64,000 nt of DNA from a virus. The position numbers and the translations under genes were made by a program. This document shows positions 1 to 9,377 of this stretch, piece by piece. Each line of letters begins with the position of its first letter. Positions within the stretch are counted from its first letter, which is position 1. The notes under the pieces were generated by a model. The model ran no database searches, was not told the origin of the DNA, and saw nothing but the letters and a program-made list of their open reading frames with translations. The stretch is from the IMG/VR virus record IMGVR_UViG_3300020162_002681, positions 32,001 through 96,000 of that record. One strand, written 5' to 3'.

Positions 1-58
1 GTTCCTAGACCTAAAGGATTTCGCGCCTACTGTAACAGAATGAAAATCAAGGTGAGTT

Positions 59-280
59 ATGTCTAACAGCGTACAAGAGCGTTTCATTATTGAGCAAAAA
101 TATCAATTCTCAGATTGGAGTATTTACCCTTATTATCCAAGAGGATTACTTAGTCTTAATGATGCTCAAGAAGCCGTAAAGCTTGCAGAAAAGAATGATA
201 ATGATTTCCCAGCTTACCCTAAAAGGCAATTCCAAATCGTAAGACAGACTACAACTGTTACCAGAGAGGTAATTGCATGA
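59..280 (+). CDS. hypothetical protein
   Basis: 73 aa ORF with a GGTGA SD-like motif; ATGA overlap with next gene. Confidence 0.75.
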   Translation: MSNSVQERFIIEQKYQFSDWSIYPYYPRGLLSLNDAQEAVKLAEKNDNDFPAYPKRQFQIVRQTTTVTREVIA

Positions 281-747
281 TTGACCCAACTCAAGATGGT
301 AAGACTCATATTAATATCTGGGCTAAAGGCGCGACTTTTATCGGCAAATTCCTCGCTCCTCGAACTCTTTGCGAACTAAATCTTCCCGAAGGACGATTCC
401 TGTGCGTAGCTGCATACTGGTATCATCTAACTTGCAAAGAAGATAGCCGCCTGAGTCATGTAAATGGCTGGGAAACTGAACTTCTTGCTACCCAACTCTC
501 GCCACTGCCTAGAAGCCAGCAACTACCCGCAGCCGAACTTCAAGCGAAAATCAAAAAAGCGCTCGACCAAAAAATCAAGTGGAGCGAGTACTGGCAAGAA
601 GAGTTCACTGAATCAACACTTCCTTTTCTGCAATATCACCTTGACGTTGAGGGTAATGTGGTTGACGAGAGTAGAAAATATCGATGGCTGCTAAGCCACC
701 TTGAAGCAAGACGTACACTATTACAACAACGGAGAGACGCAGCATGA
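277..747 (+). CDS. NADAR-like phage protein (degenerate)
   Basis: DGKTHINIWAKG...GRFLCVAAYWY resembles the jumbo-phage DGxxHINIYSKG..LSNF..F.SVEGYW family; family link recalled, not searched. Confidence 0.5.
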   Translation: MIDPTQDGKTHINIWAKGATFIGKFLAPRTLCELNLPEGRFLCVAAYWYHLTCKEDSRLSHVNGWETELLATQLSPLPRSQQLPAAELQAKIKKALDQKIKWSEYWQEEFTESTLPFLQYHLDVEGNVVDESRKYRWLLSHLEARRTLLQQRRDAA

Positions 748-899
748 CAGTGCCGTTTAAATATCGTCTGCACCGCAAGACCGTCGAAGTCTACCCACAC
801 ACCCGCACATTCTGGGCAGTTCAATTCTCTTGCGACGGACAAAATTGGTTTGAGCTTGATGAAATTACGACTGTACCACTAACCGCACTACCACAATGA
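744..899 (+). CDS. hypothetical protein, 51 aa (below ORF-track cutoff)
   Basis: MTVPFKYRLHRK...LPQ; ATGA overlaps at both ends fill the gap exactly. Confidence 0.75.
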   Translation: MTVPFKYRLHRKTVEVYPHTRTFWAVQFSCDGQNWFELDEITTVPLTALPQ

Positions 900-1177
900 A
901 TGAGCAACAATACCTAGACTACATTAAAAAATACTTACAAGAAGCAACCACGAAATATTACTTTGAGCTAGGCTTATACCCTGCCAATGGAGATAATTAC
1001 CCTCAAGAATGTTATGCAAGCTTGAATTTTGCTTTACAAGACGATAGTGTGAAAATACTGGAGTCTGGTGTTTCTATGGTAGAAGCGCTTAGTAATCTCG
1101 TAACCTATCTTCAGCACCCCTCAAACCAACATTACAGAACTACGGATTTTACATTACCTGAGTACAACCATGAATAG
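896..1177 (+). CDS. hypothetical protein
   Basis: 93 aa ORF coupled to its neighbours. Confidence 0.75.
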   Translation: MNEQQYLDYIKKYLQEATTKYYFELGLYPANGDNYPQECYASLNFALQDDSVKILESGVSMVEALSNLVTYLQHPSNQHYRTTDFTLPEYNHE

Positions 1178-2075
1178 CTACACTTCCGCAGACCTCACTT
1201 ATGCTTTTCTGTTGCAAGACATTCTACGCCTCAACAACGTAGTCGAAACTCGCAACCATTCATGTTACTGCAATCCTTTTCTCGATAACGTGACATTCGA
1301 CTCTCTACCCCTCATTACTGTTCGCAAGACTGCTTGGAAACTTGCTCTGACTGAGATGGAGTGGTTCATGTCAGGGGAATCAAAATGCCCTGAAAAACTA
1401 CAGAAATGGTGGGCTGGACAGCTTAATGAACACGGACACTACATCGACGGTTACAGCCACCAACTTCGCCAATCCACTTACTCTACTTCTGAAGGGCTGG
1501 CAGCCTGTTTCGACCAAATTAAATATATCCTTGACGGTATTAAAGGACATCCCCACTCTCGCCGTTTAAGAATTACGACTTGGAATACAGGGGAGATGGC
1601 TAATATTACAAAAACTAATAATAATACGAAAACACCAACTTCATGTCATGGTTCGTTTGTTCAGTTCTTTGTTGTGGATGGTGCTTTGCATATCAAGCAT
1701 CTTCAAGCTAGTATTGACACCTTACTCGGTTTGCCACACAACTTCGTCCAGTACTGGGCGTTACTCACTTACTTCGCCTTTCACGCCAATCTTAAAGTCG
1801 GTTCACTTACTTGGGTATTTGGCGATGCTCATATCTACAACGAAGAGTCTCATATCAAAGCTGCTCAGGATATAAGTTATTTTGCAAATCAAGCATTGAG
1901 AGCTAATACACTTGGGTCGTTTAGCTATCCTAAACCTGAGATTGAACTTAATCTTGCCTACAACTACTCTGGCGAACTTGACTCATTTGGCACACCTAAA
2001 TTCGCTGCTGCTGACTTCACTATCGAAGGTGAAATTCCCAAGCCAACTGTGTTGACCAAACCTAAATTGCTATAA
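1170..2075 (+). CDS. thyA: thymidylate synthase (ThyA family), divergent
   Basis: EMEWF, SRR..TTWN, catalytic SCH, QASID..LGLPHN, GDAHIY motifs. Confidence 0.9.
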   Translation: MNSYTSADLTYAFLLQDILRLNNVVETRNHSCYCNPFLDNVTFDSLPLITVRKTAWKLALTEMEWFMSGESKCPEKLQKWWAGQLNEHGHYIDGYSHQLRQSTYSTSEGLAACFDQIKYILDGIKGHPHSRRLRITTWNTGEMANITKTNNNTKTPTSCHGSFVQFFVVDGALHIKHLQASIDTLLGLPHNFVQYWALLTYFAFHANLKVGSLTWVFGDAHIYNEESHIKAAQDISYFANQALRANTLGSFSYPKPEIELNLAYNYSGELDSFGTPKFAAADFTIEGEIPKPTVLTKPKLL

Positions 2076-2104
2076 TCTATTCCTCTAGATAGATACAATT
2101 CAAC

Positions 2105-2150
2105 ATTACAGAGTGTTAGCTTTAGGACAGTAAACACTCTGTAATTTTTT
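2105..2150 (+). terminator. long hairpin followed by T-run (terminator or RNA processing site)
   Basis: ATTACAGAGTGTT (2105-2117) pairs with AACACTCTGTAAT (2133-2145), then TTTTT. Confidence 0.6.
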
Positions 2151-2152
2151 CC

Positions 2153-2452
2153 ATGCGTGAATTAGGCGACAAAGTTGCTATCATCTACAAAGCTAATGTA
2201 GTTTTTGGTACTATCATCGAGATTTTCAGTAAGAAAGTTTTCGATGAGAGTCTTTTTGGCTATCGTATTCAATCTGCTGATGCGACTGTTTATTCGCACA
2301 CTCAGCAAACCTCTTTAGACACGAATACTCCCAGACTACTTATCAGTAAAGAATCTGAAATTGCAGAAGAAACTCTTTTTACAATTTTAGATGAAGGTGC
2401 TGGAAGCGAAATTTTCAAAATCAACAATCAAGAAAAGGCAAAATATGCTTAG
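2153..2452 (+). CDS. hypothetical protein
   Basis: 99 aa ORF in the + strand run. Confidence 0.7.
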   Translation: MRELGDKVAIIYKANVVFGTIIEIFSKKVFDESLFGYRIQSADATVYSHTQQTSLDTNTPRLLISKESEIAEETLFTILDEGAGSEIFKINNQEKAKYA

Positions 2453-2543
2453 TTTCATAGTATTTCTCATTGCTACATTTGGAACTGCCTTTGTATGCTG
2501 GCTAATCTCATTAGCTTGCGGCACTGAAGGGAAGGATAATTAA
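2445..2543 (+). CDS. small membrane peptide, 32 aa
   Basis: MLSFIVFLIATFGTAFVCWLISLACGTEGKDN; overlaps the previous gene and has a TAATG junction with the next. Confidence 0.6.
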   Translation: MLSFIVFLIATFGTAFVCWLISLACGTEGKDN

Positions 2544-3133
2544 TGACAAAGCATGACATCAGACTTCGTGTTAGTTCCCTCATTCGACAACTTAACTATT
2601 CAGAGGTCAAGCTACAACGCCTTGACATCGACAAGCTTCGTAACTGGTGCAATACTAATCTCCCTAACGCAGTTGAAAAATTTAAGCGCAACCGATTCGA
2701 CCTCAATGAAGCAACAACTTGGGAAGAACTTGCTTGCTATAACACCATTCTGCAAATTTACGGTCGTAAAGTTGCCATCTATTTTACCTTTGGGTGGCTC
2801 GATTATCAGGGGGTAAAGGAATTTATCCAGTCTAAGAAGGGGGTAAAGTTCCGTGAAGATTTCGGGCTTGACCATCACAGTGCAATCCTACTTTCGCCCA
2901 CAACATTCTTTTCTGCCGAGTCGCTAGACGAGTTTTGGGTCAGCTTCGACCTAAAAAGTGGTAAGGGATACAACTTCCTCGACTATTCGCATTACAATGA
3001 CGATGAAGATATGGATTCGTCTCAGTACGACTGGCTCAACGAAGCCCTAGCCGAGCAAGAGAATGAAAAAATCAAGAATCCTTACGAAGACTTGAATCGT
3101 CGCACAACTACAACCCGCAAAACTAAAAAATAA
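2543..3133 (+). CDS. hypothetical protein
   Basis: 196 aa ORF, AAGGA upstream. Confidence 0.8.
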   Translation: MTKHDIRLRVSSLIRQLNYSEVKLQRLDIDKLRNWCNTNLPNAVEKFKRNRFDLNEATTWEELACYNTILQIYGRKVAIYFTFGWLDYQGVKEFIQSKKGVKFREDFGLDHHSAILLSPTTFFSAESLDEFWVSFDLKSGKGYNFLDYSHYNDDEDMDSSQYDWLNEALAEQENEKIKNPYEDLNRRTTTTRKTKK

Positions 3134-3137
3134 AAAG

Positions 3138-3551
3138 ATGTCATTATTACCAACAACTAAAAAATACGTTCGCCAGCCCACCTCGCCTCAAGTTGTCGAG
3201 AGTGAGCCGCACCCTAACACTTTAATGAGTGTACTTGAAGCAGAAGAGTCTCATCTTATAAATGAGCTATTAGGTATTCATGAAGCTAAAAATCGCGAAC
3301 CTAACCTGCGAAACCGACTTAACGTAGTCCAACAATCATTGCAAGCCTTCCGTGCCTTAGATGTTGCTCCTGAGCCTGTACAAGAGCAACAACTGGAATG
3401 TCTGCCTATCCCTCAAGAGAAGCGTATTCGGAAAGCCACAACTGCAAAGACGGTAAAACCTACCCCAAGAAGTATTGCACCAGAACCTGTTGTGAGCGAT
3501 ACTGAAGGTATTGAACTTGTACATGACGATTTCGCAACATTTCCTGAGTAA
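3138..3551 (+). CDS. hypothetical protein
   Basis: 137 aa ORF. Confidence 0.75.
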   Translation: MSLLPTTKKYVRQPTSPQVVESEPHPNTLMSVLEAEESHLINELLGIHEAKNREPNLRNRLNVVQQSLQAFRALDVAPEPVQEQQLECLPIPQEKRIRKATTAKTVKPTPRSIAPEPVVSDTEGIELVHDDFATFPE

Positions 3552-3556
3552 TAGCT

Positions 3557-4186
3557 ATGCTTACATCTAATGGGGAGTATTTTAATCCTCCTTATATTGA
3601 AAAATGGTACACAGACCTAGATAAACTTTGTAAAAGCCTTAATGTACCTAATCCCGCAACCTCTAGAAAAGAAGAGCCAACCATGACCGACAATAGTTTT
3701 TATTATTCTGACCTAATCGGTATTCCAGTAACCTCAGCATACTCAAAAGCAGCTAGAAACAAGGAGTTGAAGGAGCTATCCGATGCTTTGTATTTGGCAT
3801 TAATTTCCCCTCCTCCCCAATTCCCTAACACTAGCAGTAACGAGAAGTTTCTTGAGCCTGTAACTGTCTTCCATAATGAAGTTTCAGAGTATGACAACGA
3901 ACCTCTTGGCGGTACAGTAAAGTGCAAGCAATTCTACGTCTCTCTCGGCATCTTCGACCTCGACACAACTTCTGCGGTCGCTACTATCACCAAAGACAAC
4001 AAACTTGAACTCACTTGGACTGAACGTGCTGGTAAAGGAAAATTCTCTAGTAAGATTCCTAGCTACCTAGTTGCCACCTCAGCGCCTATACTTAGGTATG
4101 AAGGTGGTGTGTTAGATATTCGAGTTCCAGTGGAGTCACGAAGCAAGAATGAAGCGGTATTTGTCGGTAAGCTTGAATCGAAGTAG
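3557..4186 (+). CDS. Hsp20/alpha-crystallin-like domain protein
   Basis: C-terminal TITKDNKLEL...FSSKIP...LRYEGGVLDIRVP matches the sHSP A.Y.NGVL.I..P signature. Confidence 0.6.
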   Translation: MLTSNGEYFNPPYIEKWYTDLDKLCKSLNVPNPATSRKEEPTMTDNSFYYSDLIGIPVTSAYSKAARNKELKELSDALYLALISPPPQFPNTSSNEKFLEPVTVFHNEVSEYDNEPLGGTVKCKQFYVSLGIFDLDTTSAVATITKDNKLELTWTERAGKGKFSSKIPSYLVATSAPILRYEGGVLDIRVPVESRSKNEAVFVGKLESK

Positions 4187-4247
4187 AGACGAGCTACGCG
4201 AATTGATTCTACCTATCTTTATTGATAGGGTGAAGCAGGAAATTTCT

Positions 4248-4273
4248 AGGGGTAGTTGCGGCTACCCTTTCCC
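4248..4273 (+). terminator. GC-rich hairpin, probable intrinsic terminator
   Basis: AGGGGTAGT-TGCG-GCTACCCTT; short T tract; second hairpin CCTATC/GATAGG just upstream. Confidence 0.45.
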
Positions 4274-4290
4274 ATATCAAGGAGAAAACC

Positions 4291-4425
4291 ATGTTTAATC
4301 TTGACGAAATCTACAAGCTGATGTTGGAATATCTGCTAATAGTAGTATTGACTGTGTTTGGATTGAAGATTACACTTCTATTTACACAAACGATTTGGGA
4401 ACTTTATAACTATGGCAGACCCTAG
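4291..4425 (+). CDS. small membrane protein, 44 aa
   Basis: AAGGAGA SD; MFNLDEIYKLMLEYLLIVVLTVFGLKITLLF... Confidence 0.65.
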   Translation: MFNLDEIYKLMLEYLLIVVLTVFGLKITLLFTQTIWELYNYGRP

Positions 4426-4960
4426 GCACTATAGCATTTCCATCCTTGAAAACTTCTCGGACAAACCGCTACAAGAAATTGCACTTGTAGTTGCAAAAAA
4501 GATTGAAAAAGAAATCTCCGAAGATGACTTCACTCTCTGGGACGAAGTTGAAGACTTAGAGTTAGGCACAAATTTCTTAACTACTAAAGAAGCCTACACT
4601 TGGCATTCTGTGGCGGATGACCTTGCACCAATGTTTACCGATTTCCCTGATACTTGTTTTTGCTTATCTGTCAGTGACGGTGAAGATGGAGGACAATATC
4701 GTATTCTATTTTTCAATGGTAAGGCAGTAACACAGTACCCCGAAATTCGTTACGAAGATTTTCGACCTAACGATTTCGATTACCAAGCTTCGGCAAAAAC
4801 TCCTTTGGAGAGTGCAGAAAACAATGTTGAAGAGCTTATCTCTAAAACTTGCAACAAAATCGCTGCTTCCATGACTGAAGAGCATGACCCTGAATTACTA
4901 GGACTCATCAGACAGAATTTGTTTGGCGATATTATTTTGGAGAACTCACAAGATGCTTGA
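4412..4960 (+). CDS. hypothetical acidic protein
   Basis: 182 aa ORF. Confidence 0.8.
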   Translation: MADPRHYSISILENFSDKPLQEIALVVAKKIEKEISEDDFTLWDEVEDLELGTNFLTTKEAYTWHSVADDLAPMFTDFPDTCFCLSVSDGEDGGQYRILFFNGKAVTQYPEIRYEDFRPNDFDYQASAKTPLESAENNVEELISKTCNKIAASMTEEHDPELLGLIRQNLFGDIILENSQDA

Positions 4961-5561
4961 CCTAAATGTGACTATGATTGACCCGTCTCAACCTCCCGAC
5001 AGTATCGAAATAGCAAGTGTAGCTTCAGCAGACGACCCAGAGACTCGCAAAATAATTAGAAAACTTTTGACTATGCCACAACCAAATTTGCACTCAATGC
5101 CACAAGCTGCTAACATTCTCAACGTTGACCTGACTAAGCCTGAGAATTGTATTTTCATTCCTGTAAACTGTGTCGGGGTCATGGGTAAGGGCTTGGCACT
5201 CGACTTCAAAGAAATGTATCCAGAATTTTTTGCTCAATACAAAGAGATTTGTCGGTTACATTATTTGCGCGTTGGATTCCCTGAGATTATTTATGGGAAT
5301 GAATCTTTGGGTAGTGTAGTATTATTTGCAACTAAAAAACATTGGCAAGATAAATCCGAAGAGATTTGGATAAAAAGAGGACTTCTAGAACTTGCTGCTA
5401 CAAATGATTTAGATTACGTGAGATGGCGCAAACAAACTCGCAACATTCACATTCCCAAACTTGGATGCGGTCTTGGAGGTCTTAATTGGGCTGACGTAAG
5501 ACCTTTGATTGTGCGATTTGCCGACATGATGCCAGAACACGAAATTTATCTTTATGAATAG
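4953..5561 (+). CDS. macrodomain ADP-ribose glycohydrolase (DarG/TARG1-like)
   Basis: PVNCVGVMGKGLALDFK, FATKKHW, IPKLGCGLGGLNW motifs. Confidence 0.9.
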   Translation: MLDLNVTMIDPSQPPDSIEIASVASADDPETRKIIRKLLTMPQPNLHSMPQAANILNVDLTKPENCIFIPVNCVGVMGKGLALDFKEMYPEFFAQYKEICRLHYLRVGFPEIIYGNESLGSVVLFATKKHWQDKSEEIWIKRGLLELAATNDLDYVRWRKQTRNIHIPKLGCGLGGLNWADVRPLIVRFADMMPEHEIYLYE

Positions 5562-5611
5562 TTATGTTAGGAAGTGTACCAACCGAACCAGAAGAAATTA
5601 AGATTGGGGTA

Positions 5612-5640
5612 TTGACGACGGGCTTAATAAACTTTATATT
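5612..5640 (+). promoter_or_regulatory. sigma70-type early promoter
   Basis: TTGACG-17 nt-TATATT. Confidence 0.65.
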
Positions 5641-5730
5641 GATACTCAACACCTTTTACAGAAATATTGTAGTGTAGTCTCTGCCGAATCCACTACAATA
5701 ATCCTTACTAACGTTTTCAGGAGCAAATAG

Positions 5731-6108
5731 ATGTCACGTACCAAAAAACACAGAGATTTATTCTTCCTTCGTTTTCTGCATCAAATGATTAAGGCAATTG
5801 GCAGTCCCTTCACACATCCTCGCGCATCTCGCTGGGCTAAGGTACGCCGTAGAGTCAGCAAACAGTATGGAGGCACTAACTGGGGGGACAAGCAGGGGGT
5901 AGACAGCAGATATAATGACCTACCCTACAAACGTGCAGCCAAGCGAAACGACCGTCGAGAAGCATTACAGCAAGCACATCAACAACTTGAAGAGTACAGA
6001 GATGAAGTGGATTACTTAAGAAGAGTACAGATTCAACGTGATTGGTTTGCTAGTCTTGATGAACCAGAAGAAGAGGAGTTTGACCCAATAGGAGGCTACA
6101 TTGACTAA
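5731..6108 (+). CDS. hypothetical basic protein
   Basis: AGGAG SD; MSRTKK... Arg-rich with acidic tail. Confidence 0.8.
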   Translation: MSRTKKHRDLFFLRFLHQMIKAIGSPFTHPRASRWAKVRRRVSKQYGGTNWGDKQGVDSRYNDLPYKRAAKRNDRREALQQAHQQLEEYRDEVDYLRRVQIQRDWFASLDEPEEEEFDPIGGYID

Positions 6109-6403
6109 CTTGCGTTGGCAAGATAATGGACAATTTTCTTACGCTTGGTTCGGCATCACTAAGCTCAGCGTCGAGTATGAAGGTGCAATGCACCCTAGAG
6201 GTTCAGATTTACCTACTGGCTATCGAGTCAGTGTTGAGGGGTACAAAAAGCGTGAACTGAAGCACTTATTCAACAGTATGGGTAATGGAAAGATTGCTGC
6301 TGAACGTCTACTCTGGAGAATTGTAAACGAGATGCACCAAGACCTGTCTCAATATTCTTGGGATACGCACAACAAAGAAGAAGTTAAATGGGTGGTTAGA
6401 TGA
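6101..6403 (+). CDS. hypothetical protein
   Basis: AGGAGG SD before TTG start. Confidence 0.75.
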   Translation: MTNLRWQDNGQFSYAWFGITKLSVEYEGAMHPRGSDLPTGYRVSVEGYKKRELKHLFNSMGNGKIAAERLLWRIVNEMHQDLSQYSWDTHNKEEVKWVVR

Positions 6404-6633
6404 AATTCCCTAGATTCAAGATTTACTACAATGTTAGTGAAGATTACTATTTCATTAAGGAACGGTTCTGTTTATTCTTCTACAGGCTGAGGATGACGCT
6501 TAATGGGCATGATTACTATACAGTAAACCGATTTAGTTCTCTAGCTGAAGCTGAGGCTTATATTGAGACTACTCTTATGCTTGAAAACCAAGCAAACACA
6601 CCTGATGAAATCAAACTAGTAAAAGAACTATGA
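6400..6633 (+). CDS. hypothetical protein
   Basis: ATGA-coupled ORF. Confidence 0.75.
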   Translation: MKFPRFKIYYNVSEDYYFIKERFCLFFYRLRMTLNGHDYYTVNRFSSLAEAEAYIETTLMLENQANTPDEIKLVKEL

Positions 6634-6851
6634 TATTTGAAGAACTGACAATTGAAGAAGAATCTCTAGAAAACCTTAAGGAGTTCCAAGAACACTATCT
6701 AGGTTTTAGACTACCTTTTTGTGATAACAATAAACTTTTGGTGTCTTTAACTGAGATTATCCTTAAGCAACAAGAACAAATTGAGGAATTAAGGCAGTAT
6801 GTTGAAGACCAAAAAAGAGAGGCTAGATTAGCATCTGAAGACTGCAACTAG
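6630..6851 (+). CDS. hypothetical coiled-coil protein
   Basis: ATGA-coupled ORF. Confidence 0.7.
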   Translation: MIFEELTIEEESLENLKEFQEHYLGFRLPFCDNNKLLVSLTEIILKQQEQIEELRQYVEDQKREARLASEDCN

Positions 6852-7357
6852 TAACTCGTAACTGATTTCACGTAAATCAAATTGTTGATACAAGTAAACT
6901 CAATAATTGCGAAGTTACTTGAAAATGCAAAGACGCTCCAAGACCCAAATCTAAAACGGGAATCAAAGCCCGTAATCGTCCAAGCACCACTATTCCTATC
7001 CAACAATAAACTGCCAGCACCATTTCTCAGCGTCGCCTGTAGGTTAATGGTGCTGTTTTGTGTGAAGACCACTCGAACCTGCTCAACGCTTGTAAAATCA
7101 GCTACAGTCGTACCAGAAGTGGTTGTGACGCTTGTAATCATGTTTAATTTATTTGCAGTATTGTTTGACCTGAACCATCGCCCAGCACCAGCAGTCGGAG
7201 CAAATATCTGTCCTGCGACAGTTGCATCAGTAGCAGTGGCATCGTATATTAACCAAGACTTAAGTTCAATGCAAACAACCGCAAAGCCTTGAGGAAGTCC
7301 ACCGACATCAAGATTGAGGACTTCAGTAAGTGTAGAAAAAGAAATAGGGTGAGCCAT
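6848..7357 (-). CDS. putative tail fibre / virion adaptor protein
   Basis: YDATAT...P..GAGRWF module shared with 31224 and 49746. Confidence 0.6.
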   Translation of the reverse strand: MAHPISFSTLTEVLNLDVGGLPQGFAVVCIELKSWLIYDATATDATVAGQIFAPTAGAGRWFRSNNTANKLNMITSVTTTSGTTVADFTSVEQVRVVFTQNSTINLQATLRNGAGSLLLDRNSGAWTITGFDSRFRFGSWSVFAFSSNFAIIEFTCINNLIYVKSVTSY

Positions 7358-7527
7358 GAGATTTCAAATAAGAAATAAGTTAGATTACAGTGATAGTATA
7401 GCGTTTGAATCTGATAAGTTTTGGGTTGAGATGAAGTTTTATCCTTTAAGTAGTTGGAAAAATATTTGGGTATACCGAAAAATCGCAGGGATTGTTCCTT
7501 GTATCCGTACTCCAACTATGCAAATTT

Positions 7528-9297
7528 CTATGCACTGTAAAAAATATCAGGTAAATAAGAACTAGTATATCGTGCAGATTTAGTAACTCGGAGCTGCACA
7601 ATCTCAATCCAGCTTCTACTACGGAACAATGAGGTGTTAAGGCTTGCTACTGCGCTATCTTGGCTGTACAACCTCTTGATACTGAACTCCGAACTTGACG
7701 AGCTTGCATTCATCACTTCGCTTGTGGTTGCAGTTGCTTCGAGTTCACCATTCAAGAATAAAGAACAGCTTGTGCCAGATTTTACAAAAGACACATCAAC
7801 TACTGTGCTGTCAGGAATATCAGTCACACCGTCCAAAGTGAAACTACCAAAGGCGATGCGTAGCTTAAGGTCATAGATGCCCCACGTAAAGCCACCTTCA
7901 ACATCGATAATAGCTCCGCGAGTATTGCCAGATGGATTAAATATCTGGGCTTCGAGCGTCACATTACCAGTTATCTCCAAGTTGCTGTTTGTATAGCCGA
8001 TATGAGAGTACTTATTGAGCCTTCCTGACGCTATGAGAGGCTGTACTGTAACATTCGACGTAAAACTTCGTGAGAGGCTGTACTGGGCGAAGTCGGCATC
8101 ACTGACGTTGTATTTGAGCAGCAAAACCGTAGCGGAAGCGGAGGGGTCTTTTGGCGGAACGTCATTGGTAGAAAAAGGAATACTGGCGCTTGTATTTATC
8201 GTGAGTTGGCGCAGATATCCCTGCCAACTTTGCGAAGTCCACGAAGGTGTTCCAGTAGCGTTTTTCAAACTGCCAATGCACAGTGGCTCAATTGAGTTGT
8301 TGTTGAAGTTATTAGCTGCCTTAAGGTGAGCGCTTAATACACCATCGATGAAAACCTTGTAGACTCGCCCGATTCGATTGATGACGATACTATGCTCGGC
8401 AATATCGTCTGGTAAGGCACAAGAGAGTGTGTTACTGCCAAAGATAGCGAACAAGGTACTGTCAGCCGCTACACCCACATAAAAACCTATGCTGGATGCT
8501 CGATGACTACCTAAGATGCAACCATACTCCCCTACGGTCGTCTTGGCAGAAAAGAAGGAGATAGTGAAGTCGGTTTCGTTGAAGTTTATTGCCGATGTTT
8601 TTGTCGCCTCAAGTCTGCCCCCTGAAAGGATTAGACGAGCTTTGACTATGCTCGGAGTGCCGATTGTATTGCCGATGTCTGAGATGCCAGCGCCAGTGTA
8701 CGCCGTTGTCGATGATGCAAACGCCAGATACAAAACTTCGCTGGAAGGAGCCACCCAATTTATTTTCTGCACCGTAGCGACAGCGCCTGTATTATCTACA
8801 TTGTCACTGTAATCGATATTTGCGTAGAGTTTGTTGATATATTGCAGTTCAAGTACTTGCTTGCCGAAATATGCGGTGAGAAGCATAGCTAGGCTGTATT
8901 GTTTGGGCAGGGCGAAAATGTCGGTGAAATTCTTGATTATGTGACCGTTCGGAACTAACTCGATAAAATATTTAGTGTACTTGTCAGCATTGAGGATTGT
9001 GAGTGTTGTATTGGTAGATAGGGTGATGCTGATGTACTGATTAGCTGTAGAGAGGTCGAGCGAGTATGTGTCAGTCGAAATAGTGATTGAGGTCAGGTCG
9101 TATGCGTCGATGTCGTTTTGAGGTATGTACTCGAAACCAGAGGATGCGTTGAGGCTGCTTGCCACGTTAGTATAAACGCCCCAACATTTGCGGTCGAAGT
9201 TGATTAGCGGAGTATTTTCAGGTACGATAGTAGAATCTAGAGCTGACAATTCGTTGTCGCTGTTTACTGTATAGCCGTTACGTGGAGGTCTTGACAT
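7528..9297 (-). CDS. LamG/concanavalin A-like tail protein
   Basis: DFTISFF...YKVFIDG...WQGYLRQL and a second LamG-like repeat ending LRVTKSARYTSSY. Confidence 0.7.
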   Translation of the reverse strand: MSRPPRNGYTVNSDNELSALDSTIVPENTPLINFDRKCWGVYTNVASSLNASSGFEYIPQNDIDAYDLTSITISTDTYSLDLSTANQYISITLSTNTTLTILNADKYTKYFIELVPNGHIIKNFTDIFALPKQYSLAMLLTAYFGKQVLELQYINKLYANIDYSDNVDNTGAVATVQKINWVAPSSEVLYLAFASSTTAYTGAGISDIGNTIGTPSIVKARLILSGGRLEATKTSAINFNETDFTISFFSAKTTVGEYGCILGSHRASSIGFYVGVAADSTLFAIFGSNTLSCALPDDIAEHSIVINRIGRVYKVFIDGVLSAHLKAANNFNNNSIEPLCIGSLKNATGTPSWTSQSWQGYLRQLTINTSASIPFSTNDVPPKDPSASATVLLLKYNVSDADFAQYSLSRSFTSNVTVQPLIASGRLNKYSHIGYTNSNLEITGNVTLEAQIFNPSGNTRGAIIDVEGGFTWGIYDLKLRIAFGSFTLDGVTDIPDSTVVDVSFVKSGTSCSLFLNGELEATATTSEVMNASSSSSEFSIKRLYSQDSAVASLNTSLFRSRSWIEIVQLRVTKSARYTSSYLPDIFYSA

Positions 9298-9377
9298 TTG
9301 ACTATTATAACCTTAGACGGATGGCAGAAAAAGAGGTTCGAGGTAATGTTAAGTAGTTAATTACAAAGAAGTATAAA

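Noticed and set aside
4187-4275. Riboswitch or ribozyme after the Hsp20-like gene
   Set aside because: Only two simple hairpins with no recognisable conserved core; a terminator is the simpler explanation
6882-8812. + strand ORFs (6882, 7356, 7634, 8015, 8516)
   Set aside because: Antisense to or overlapping better-supported - strand tail genes
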